Assembly: GCA_015489175.1 (NCBI GenBank)
Contig: WGAI01000012.1
Span: forward strand, 36,307 to 100,306
From: a candidate division WOR-3 bacterium
Lineage (GTDB): Bacteria; Hydrothermota; Hydrothermia; B15-G9
Length of the DNA stretch: 64,000 nt
Direction of reading: 5' to 3'
The stretch's first letter is position 1; each line of letters opens with the position of its first letter. Of the stretch, positions 48,698 to 56,092 are shown piece after piece. Below the pieces are notes generated by a model. That model saw only the letters and a program-made list of their open reading frames with translations, had not been told where the DNA came from and did no database searches. Both the position numbers and the translations under genes were made by a program.

Positions 48698-49954
48698 ATG
48701 GGTTACACAGTAGTGATAGGGCTCCAATGGGGCGATGAAGGCAAAGGGCGCATCGTGGATTATCTGGCAGAGTCTCACTCCGTAGTCGCGCGATTTCAGG
48801 GTGGTGCAAACGCTGGTCACACCGTGTCAGTCAATGGAGAAGACCATATATTCCATCTCATACCGTCCGGAATGCTCCGAAAAGAAGTGATAGGACTTAT
48901 CGGAGCGGGCACAGTCCTCGATCTGGAAGTCCTTGTGGACGAGATTGATAGGATTGAAAAACTTACAGGTGTTTCTACGGAAGGGCGCCTCTTTGTAGAT
49001 GGCAGGGCGTCGGTGGTGATGCCCTACCACAAATCGGAAGACCAATGGGAAGAGGTTTATCGCGGCGGAATTGGCACGACGAAGCGCGGAATTGGGCCGG
49101 CATATCGCGACAGGTATGCGCGCATCGGGCTTATAGTCGCTGACCTGTTCGCAAAAGACTTGAAATCGAAGGTCGAGCGGGCTCTTGACTTCAACAACCA
49201 GATACTCGGAAGCCGCTACGGAAAGCCGCCTTTCTCCGTCGGCAAGATGATGGACTACCTTACCGCACTGCGCGATCGCATCCGCTCGTTCGTGGCAGAT
49301 GTGCCCGCAAAATTGAAACAGCTTGAGGACGAAGGCCACGAAATCCTGTTAGAGGGCGCTCAAGGCACCTATCTTGACATATTTTTCGGCACATATCCCT
49401 TTGTAACCTCGTCACATACAGTATCAGGCGGGGCAAGCGTGGGGCTTGGGATTGGCCCGAATAAAATCCAGCGCATCATAGGGGTTACAAAGGCATACAC
49501 GACCCGCGTCGGTAGGGGGCCGTTCCCAACCGAACTGAATGACGAGATGGGGGAACTAATTCGCTCAAACGGCAACGAGTTTGGCGCCACAACGGGCAGA
49601 CCACGCCGCTGCGGCTGGCTCGACCTCGTTGCACTCCGATACTCCGTGCTGCTCAACGGAGTTACCGAACTGGCGATCACAAAAATCGATGTGCTGTCGG
49701 GCATTGAGGAGATCAAGGCCGCAGTCGAGTATGATATGGACGGCGAGAGAATCAAATATCCGCCGATCACGGTCGATGATTGGGCAAGGATTAAGCCTAT
49801 TTACAGGTCATTCAAAGGATGGGAAAAGTTCTGGGGCACCATGCTGCCTGTTGAGGCGGAAGAATTTGTGAAATTCATTGAAGGCGAGCTCGGCGTCAAA
49901 GCGACGCTCGTTTCGACGGGCAAAGAAAGAAACAGCATGGCCAAAAGATGGTGA
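48698..49954 (+). CDS. purA: adenylosuccinate synthetase
   Basis: GLQWGDEGKGRIVD P-loop, GGANAGHTV, and the GTTKRGIGPAY motif. 418 aa. Confidence 0.95.
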   Translation: MGYTVVIGLQWGDEGKGRIVDYLAESHSVVARFQGGANAGHTVSVNGEDHIFHLIPSGMLRKEVIGLIGAGTVLDLEVLVDEIDRIEKLTGVSTEGRLFVDGRASVVMPYHKSEDQWEEVYRGGIGTTKRGIGPAYRDRYARIGLIVADLFAKDLKSKVERALDFNNQILGSRYGKPPFSVGKMMDYLTALRDRIRSFVADVPAKLKQLEDEGHEILLEGAQGTYLDIFFGTYPFVTSSHTVSGGASVGLGIGPNKIQRIIGVTKAYTTRVGRGPFPTELNDEMGELIRSNGNEFGATTGRPRRCGWLDLVALRYSVLLNGVTELAITKIDVLSGIEEIKAAVEYDMDGERIKYPPITVDDWARIKPIYRSFKGWEKFWGTMLPVEAEEFVKFIEGELGVKATLVSTGKERNSMAKRW

Positions 49955-49959
49955 GCAAC

Positions 49960-50532
49960 ATGGAGATCGAGGATATAAAACTGGAGATCATCAAATACGG
50001 CCGTCTCCTTTACGAAAAGGATTACATCACGGCAACCGACGGCAATCTCAGCGTCAGATTGAAGGACGGCAACATCCTGATCACCCCAACAGGTTTCCGC
50101 AAAGCCGAGCTGACGCCCGATGACCTGATCGTTGTGGACTCGGAGGGCAAAATCGTTGATGGCTTACGAAAGCCCTCGATGGAGATGTGGATGCACCTGT
50201 GGAGCTACGAGAGCAGGCCAGACATAAGCGCCATCATCCACGCACATCCGCCGTTCCTGACGGCTTACTCCTTCCAGATGCCGCGCGAATACGAGCCGCA
50301 GCTCCCGGAAGTGAAGGATTACATCGGCCCGCTCGGATTTGTGCCGTATAGGCCGGCCGGTTCAAGGGAGCTGGCGGAATTCGTCAAGGAAAAAGCACCA
50401 GACCACAATGTCCTTATCCTCCAGAAACATGGCGTCGTCTGCTTCGGAAAGTCCTTGTTCGAGGCCTTTAACTCCCTCGAAAGGGTCGAATTCGAGTTCA
50501 AAATCAAGGGTCTGAGGACGCTGTTCAGATGA
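49960..50532 (+). CDS. class II aldolase/adducin-family protein (fuculose-phosphate aldolase / MtnB-like)
   Basis: TATDGNLSVRL, ILITPTG and the IHAHPP zinc-ligand region. Start moved to MEIEDIKL to avoid overlap with the purA stop. Confidence 0.75.
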   Translation: MEIEDIKLEIIKYGRLLYEKDYITATDGNLSVRLKDGNILITPTGFRKAELTPDDLIVVDSEGKIVDGLRKPSMEMWMHLWSYESRPDISAIIHAHPPFLTAYSFQMPREYEPQLPEVKDYIGPLGFVPYRPAGSRELAEFVKEKAPDHNVLILQKHGVVCFGKSLFEAFNSLERVEFEFKIKGLRTLFR

Positions 50533-51980
50533 TCGCACTGCTCGCCTCGACACTCATAGCCCTCTCAGTCACGAACATCTCCCGGTTTGACGATGTGCAT
50601 TCACTAAGCCTGAATTTCGATAGGTTGTATGTCGGTTCAAGTGGCGGCATAGTCATCTACGACATCGTGACAGACGAAATCGTCGCAACGCTCATCGGCT
50701 ACGATGTCGAGCTGGCGACTCCGGATCCGATGTCAAACGATGTGTATTTCGTGTCCGAAGGCGGGCTTTACCGCTGGTATCCTAAGTTTTCGATGGGGGT
50801 GGATTTCATCGGCGTGGTCGGCATGCCAACATCGCTCGGCGTGGGCAAAGATTCAATCTATCTCGAATACAACGGCGTTTTCAAAGCGACATCAAAGTTC
50901 ATTTTCAACCTCAGGCCGTCATCGGAGCCGCGTGGTAACGGGATAACCCAATGGTCGGGCGCTGTGGTAGAGATCGATAGGCGCAGCGATGAGGCCACTT
51001 TTCTAATTCCGTTCTCTGAGGCTGTTACTGGCATGGGATTCGTCCACTACACGGTGATCTATCGGAGCGGAGGCCGCATCTGGGTCGGCACCGATGGCGA
51101 CGGCGTGCGGGAGTATCGGGAATTCGATTACGGGTTTGTGAAAAAATTGAAGTTCGGTATCGCATCGAGCGATGTCGCATCCATCGAATTTGAGGGGGAT
51201 ACCCTGTGGCTCGGCGGTTACGGCGGAATTACGAAGATTTACGGCCGAAACCGCCAGTTTTTCACGCCTCGAGGCACAATCGCAATGCGATGCGACTCGA
51301 TCGTGGACATCGTGGTCTCCAATGATGGAGGTGTCTGGTTCGCAACTGATTGCAACATAATGCACTACACATCCAATATGTTCTGGGGTTACAACCCACT
51401 TTACGAGCCAACCTGCATCTATGCGACCGATGATGGGCTGCTCATCGGCACGGAGCGCGGCCTGTTTGAACTCGATTTTCAGGACGGGACTATCTCACGC
51501 AAGGGATGGAACATCACGGCTCCGATAAAGGAGATAGACGGGCCGAACAGCAGGAACCTCATGGTGCTGACATCGTTCGGCACATACTGGGTGGACGACT
51601 CTGGCGCACACAGGGTGGCCGATCCGAGAGGCTGGCTGAGCGGCATCGGGATGGCGGAAAAGTGGCTCGCCGATACAGGATTTGTGGTGACATCAGACGG
51701 ATTCCTGATAATCACGGACTCCACAATCGACTATTACGATCCGATATTCCCTGCCAGCAGGACGCCTGTCTATGACATAGAAGTTACAGATTACAGGGTC
51801 TGGTTTGCGACAAGGGATGGGCTCTTCTATTTTGACCGAGATACGAAGATGTGGGGCAAGTTTTTTGCCTCAAGCAGGTTCCCTCAGTGCCAGGTTTATG
51901 CCGTTAAGGCCAGGAGTGACACGATTTTTGTCGGCACAGCAGAGGGACTTTCGATAATAACAGATTGGAGGGAACGATGA
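50529..51980 (+). CDS. secreted beta-propeller protein with two-component-regulator-propeller (Reg_prop)-like repeats
   Basis: Signal peptide. Repeated motifs RIWVGTDGDGVREY, LWLGGYGGITKIY, VWFATDCNIMHY, LLIGTERGLFELD, VWFATRDGLFYFD and IFVGTAEGLSII resemble PF07494 repeats. No kinase or HTH. Confidence 0.55.
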   Translation: MIALLASTLIALSVTNISRFDDVHSLSLNFDRLYVGSSGGIVIYDIVTDEIVATLIGYDVELATPDPMSNDVYFVSEGGLYRWYPKFSMGVDFIGVVGMPTSLGVGKDSIYLEYNGVFKATSKFIFNLRPSSEPRGNGITQWSGAVVEIDRRSDEATFLIPFSEAVTGMGFVHYTVIYRSGGRIWVGTDGDGVREYREFDYGFVKKLKFGIASSDVASIEFEGDTLWLGGYGGITKIYGRNRQFFTPRGTIAMRCDSIVDIVVSNDGGVWFATDCNIMHYTSNMFWGYNPLYEPTCIYATDDGLLIGTERGLFELDFQDGTISRKGWNITAPIKEIDGPNSRNLMVLTSFGTYWVDDSGAHRVADPRGWLSGIGMAEKWLADTGFVVTSDGFLIITDSTIDYYDPIFPASRTPVYDIEVTDYRVWFATRDGLFYFDRDTKMWGKFFASSRFPQCQVYAVKARSDTIFVGTAEGLSIITDWRER

Positions 51981-52699
51981 GAATTTTAACGATAGGCATC
52001 GCTGCACTTATAACTTTATCAGCCTCAAATCCCAAACAGCTGAATTACGAGATATTTTCGGACAACACAAAGGTGGGCGTAGCACGCTATTATGTGACTA
52101 ACAACTACATCAACGGCGTGAAATACTACGCATATCTCGGCAAAACGGTGATCGATTCAGTCAGCGGGATGCTGGACGAAAGGTTCAGGCCTGTCAGGAC
52201 GCATCGGCATGAGCTTGTGGATCTGAAGTTTCACGGCTCATGGGACTATTCGTCCGACGCTTATTACCTCGAAGATGAGATACAGATTTCCCTTGGGAAC
52301 GAAGACACAACGATTCATCTCAGTGAAAAGCTACCGATAGTGGACTTCGACCTGCTGCTGTTCCAGTTGCCGCACATATTTCCCCGACTGGAAAGCGGCG
52401 ATTCGGCCGCATTCTACCTCGTTTTGCCGATGGGTAAACGGGCCGAGCGATGCGTCGCAAAAGTGGGTAAAGGCGAAATAGTGTATTTTGGCGGCGATAC
52501 GCTTGCCACCCTGCGAATTTATTTCACAAGGCCGGGCTACAAGTCGCCGATTAGCCTGTGGATCACCCCTGACCTGACCCCGATTCGGTATTACGACGCC
52601 GCTTCGGGCTACCAGATGTTTTTAGTGATGCCGCAGCAGCCCGCAAAGCCTCAAGCTCGCGCTCAGAGTGGAAACGGACGCGATAGTAAAGCTCGATAA
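51977..52699 (+). CDS. hypothetical secreted protein
   Basis: ORF 51965..52699. The internal start MRILTIGIAALITLSASN is a signal peptide. No recognisable motifs. The 3' end overlaps the convergent gene by about 137 nt. Confidence 0.45.
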   Translation: MRILTIGIAALITLSASNPKQLNYEIFSDNTKVGVARYYVTNNYINGVKYYAYLGKTVIDSVSGMLDERFRPVRTHRHELVDLKFHGSWDYSSDAYYLEDEIQISLGNEDTTIHLSEKLPIVDFDLLLFQLPHIFPRLESGDSAAFYLVLPMGKRAERCVAKVGKGEIVYFGGDTLATLRIYFTRPGYKSPISLWITPDLTPIRYYDAASGYQMFLVMPQQPAKPQARAQSGNGRDSKAR

Positions 52700-54605
52700 A
52701 GCTTTCGAGAGCAGGATCTTCAATGCTTCTGGCAAACTCAAGCGGCGTCTCTGACGGCTTCTTCCTGCGGTAAAGCCGTTCATATCTGTGGATAACAGAC
52801 CGGTAAATCCTGATGTATTCGGGGGTTTTGATGCTTTTCACAATAAAAACCGCAAGTCGCCACAACGATATGATGAGCCCGATGAGGAGCGCCAGAAGGA
52901 CGATCGACCTGAAGTTGAGCGAAAACCTGCCAGAAAACATGCCAAACAAGGGGCTGAACAGGTTGCGCTGCCTCTCAAATGTGTAGTTGACCACATCGCC
53001 ATACCACACAATTTTTATGTAATCGATGTAGTTTTCTAACTTCCTTTTCAGTGAGGTGATGAAGCTCCGTCCCGGCGATACAGTCTCGACGAACGGGGTT
53101 GGATCGAGTCTCAGCCATATCGAATCGCCGATAACCGCCTCAACCCACATGTGCGCCATTTTGCTGCGCACGATGTAATACTTGCCGTAATCGTTCCACT
53201 CACCGCCACGAAACCCACCGACAGCCCTCGACGGAATACCCATCTCACGCAAAATCAGGACGGCGGCCGTGGCAAAATACTCACAATAACCAGCTTTTGC
53301 CTTGAAAAAGGGATCGAGCGGGTCTTCACCAGGCCCTGTGCGGTAAAACCGCAGCGTGTAACGGAAATTGTCTCGAAAGTAGCTTTCTACAGCCAGTGCC
53401 CTCTCTAAATCGCTTGCGTAACGGGACTTGATCTCATTCGCTATCCTTAGGATTTCAGGATGAACCTTAGACGGCAGTTGGAGGTAAAAGCTGGTATCGA
53501 CATCCCATGTGTGGATAGGAGCGAGTTCTGAGTAAGTCTGGTAAATCAAACGACTTGAACCTCGCCTCGAATACTGAATTGAGTAGTCCTTCGAGACTCT
53601 GAATGTCAGCTCAAAGCCGGGCTTTGATATGAATTCAACAGGATGGTCAAGTGTGTAAAGTATCTTTGAGGTGGTCGGTTCGAGGTAGTAGGTCACTTTG
53701 ACAGACGACACATTTTTGTGTTTCTGTCCGAGGAAGAAATGAAAACCACGGACCGGCAGTCGAATCAACCGGTTGTCCCACGCATACCCATCGTAGAAGT
53801 CATAAGTCACGCTGCGCCAATAAAGTAAATCTTCGGAGACGGGATGATCAGGCACAGCCCTGAACACCACGCTGTTGTCCTCGATAAGCTCGCCGACATA
53901 TCCAAGTCTAACATCCTCAGGAAAACCGCGATTTTGTTTCAAGTCAACGAAATTGCCCGTAAAGAATGAGAACGGGGTTCGTGGCATCAGCAGGAAGAAA
54001 CCAGCCGCCAGAATCATGGAAAAGATTGGGGTCAGCGATATTATGGCCGTGAACGGACGGAGCTCACGCCATGCGACGGGCCTGTCTCCCATCTCGTCCG
54101 AGATGTTGATGATGGCAAAAACAAGTGCCGATGATATGAAGAACACCATAAGCGCGACAGCAAAAATGAGGTCGATCGTAAACACGGCGCCCATCAACAG
54201 ATTGAACAGCCCGATCACCATAATCTGGATTATATCCCTTATTCGTTTGGGGCTCAAAATCTTGGCTGTTTCGAGCATAAGCAATAGGTTCAGCAGGGTG
54301 TAGATGGAGAAGTTGATGAAAACGGTATAAATCGTCGCTGCCAGAAGGATCGGCGTGAAGATGTATTTGTGGCCGGAGCCCGGTATGGATGGCCTGCCGA
54401 TGTAATCGTGATAAACGGCCCAGACAAGCGGGATAAAAAACCACCATGTGATGGACGAAACCTCTTTCAAAATGGGCAAAAAAGCGGCTGCAATGCCGAG
54501 ATACAGCGCAAGAAACAGCGGCTTCCTCAGATGAGGGTTAAGCTCGCCTGCGCCAGCCGGTTTCCCGGCTATGTCATCTTTCCATCTCGTCCAGCGTAAC
54601 CTCAT
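52563..54605 (-). CDS. transglutaminase-like membrane protein (TgpA-like: DUF3488 TM region + TGase core + C-terminal helical region)
   Basis: Six or more N-terminal TM helices. TGase core AKAGYCEYFATAAVLILREMGIPSRAVGGF...KMAHMWVEAVIGDSIWLRLDPTP matches the Cys-His-Asp pattern. A further TM helix follows before the C-terminus. 680 aa. Confidence 0.75.
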   Translation of the reverse strand: MRLRWTRWKDDIAGKPAGAGELNPHLRKPLFLALYLGIAAAFLPILKEVSSITWWFFIPLVWAVYHDYIGRPSIPGSGHKYIFTPILLAATIYTVFINFSIYTLLNLLLMLETAKILSPKRIRDIIQIMVIGLFNLLMGAVFTIDLIFAVALMVFFISSALVFAIINISDEMGDRPVAWRELRPFTAIISLTPIFSMILAAGFFLLMPRTPFSFFTGNFVDLKQNRGFPEDVRLGYVGELIEDNSVVFRAVPDHPVSEDLLYWRSVTYDFYDGYAWDNRLIRLPVRGFHFFLGQKHKNVSSVKVTYYLEPTTSKILYTLDHPVEFISKPGFELTFRVSKDYSIQYSRRGSSRLIYQTYSELAPIHTWDVDTSFYLQLPSKVHPEILRIANEIKSRYASDLERALAVESYFRDNFRYTLRFYRTGPGEDPLDPFFKAKAGYCEYFATAAVLILREMGIPSRAVGGFRGGEWNDYGKYYIVRSKMAHMWVEAVIGDSIWLRLDPTPFVETVSPGRSFITSLKRKLENYIDYIKIVWYGDVVNYTFERQRNLFSPLFGMFSGRFSLNFRSIVLLALLIGLIISLWRLAVFIVKSIKTPEYIRIYRSVIHRYERLYRRKKPSETPLEFARSIEDPALESFIELYYRVRFHSERELEALRAAAASLKTSGSPKRRRNTESGSGQG

Positions 54606-54897
54606 TTAACCACTTCCAGTAAGCTTCGTTTATCTCCGCCACATCTATCAGGATTATGGGCGGCACTTTGTAAGGATGTAGCTCCTTGAGCCTGTCTTTC
54701 AACCGCTGATAAAGTGATTTTTTCGTTTTTATTATGACGCCAACCTCATCCCCCGACTCGATGTTGCCCTGCCATGTGTAGATCGATTTGATTTTGAAGA
54801 TGTTGCAGCAGCCCGCAAGTCTCTCGGAAACAATCTGTTTACAGATTTCAGATGCCACGCCTTCATCTGGCAAAGTGGTGTAAACGATAGCCATCAT
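54574..54897 (-). CDS. cutA: divalent-cation tolerance protein CutA
   Basis: 107 aa. The CutA1 fold signature matches across the whole length (MAIVYTTLPDEGVASEICKQIVSERLAGCCNI...YTWQGNIESGDEVGVIIKT). Confidence 0.85.
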   Translation of the reverse strand: MMAIVYTTLPDEGVASEICKQIVSERLAGCCNIFKIKSIYTWQGNIESGDEVGVIIKTKKSLYQRLKDRLKELHPYKVPPIILIDVAEINEAYWKWLNEVTLDEMER

Positions 54898-55243
54898 CGC
54901 CTCTCACCTCCTGCTACGGGAGTGTTTATATGCCCATTCGAAAGGCTGTCAAGGTGGGAAAACTTCGTTCGCCTTGTTACCTCAAGAAAAATAAATCTCG
55001 TTTGACTCATGAAATGAAATATTCTATCTCTTCGTAATACCTCATCACCATAGCCGCATTGTATATAATAGTTTTGAGGGCTGTGGAACACTGTGCTCTC
55101 AAGGTTACTTTTTCTCAGAGATGTGGTAGTTTGCTGTGATGCCAGAGGTTGAGCTCATCGCGTCTTATAACAGGAGGTGAATCCGAATTCTCAGGACCCA
55201 TCGCTGCCTGTAAACTAAAAGGCATCACTGAAAACGGAGGAAG

Positions 55244-56092
55244 TTGATGAAAAGAAAGCTATTGCTGATCGCTTTTGCTATTGTGTCTTTTGGGTTTGTA
55301 AGCGGTTGCGGTCTCACCAGTTCAGGTGGCAAATTCGTGGTGGCGGACACAACCCAGGTCGATGTTAAAGCAATAAAAGACATCCGCATCGATGTTGTCA
55401 ACGGGGAAATAAAGATCAAGGCTGTTCCCGATGTAAAGGGCATCGATTTCGTGCTCATCAAAGAGGCGCACGGGAGAACGCAATCCAGTGCCCGCAAAAA
55501 CCTCGACAAGTTTAAGATAACGATGAACATCGGGGATTCATCGCTCACGATCTCAGATGACACCCCGCGTGAGCTCAAAAACGGCCGAAAGGTCAAGATA
55601 TATATAACCATGCCGTCAACACTGAACTCCGCCAAATTGACCATGGTCAACGGTGAGATCTCACTTGAAGGGAGACTGGATTCCGCCACAATCAAGGGAG
55701 TTAACGGGGTTCTGAGCTTCAAAGGGCACGCTTCCAACCTGACAGTAGGCCTTGTTAACGGCACGATTCACACATCTGGTGGGTTCAACAGGTTCGCCTG
55801 CAGCGTCGTGAACGGCAACATAGATGGAAATATCGATGAGATCCTGGACGGTAGCGCCTCGTGCGTCAACGGTTCAATTCATTTCACCATCTCAGGCCTC
55901 AAAAACCTCAAGGTTGTCGCTTCAGCTTTAAAGCCGGAATACATTGATATTACGGGGTTTGATAATGTGAGTGAGAAGGACAACAAGGTCATTGCTGTAC
56001 TCGGAGACGGCATCAACATGCTCCAGCTCTCCACTGTAACCGGAAAAATACAGGTTGAGGCTGTCAGGAATGTTTACGCCTTGAGAAATTGA
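55244..56092 (+). CDS. lipoprotein with DUF4097-like (putative adhesin / LiaG-like beta-helix) repeats
   Basis: Lipobox FVSGC. Repeated VNGxI strands (VVNGEIKIK, MVNGEISLEG, GVNGVLSF, LVNGTIHTSG, VVNGNIDG, CVNGSIHFT) typical of DUF4097. 282 aa. Confidence 0.6.
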   Translation: MMKRKLLLIAFAIVSFGFVSGCGLTSSGGKFVVADTTQVDVKAIKDIRIDVVNGEIKIKAVPDVKGIDFVLIKEAHGRTQSSARKNLDKFKITMNIGDSSLTISDDTPRELKNGRKVKIYITMPSTLNSAKLTMVNGEISLEGRLDSATIKGVNGVLSFKGHASNLTVGLVNGTIHTSGGFNRFACSVVNGNIDGNIDEILDGSASCVNGSIHFTISGLKNLKVVASALKPEYIDITGFDNVSEKDNKVIAVLGDGINMLQLSTVTGKIQVEAVRNVYALRN

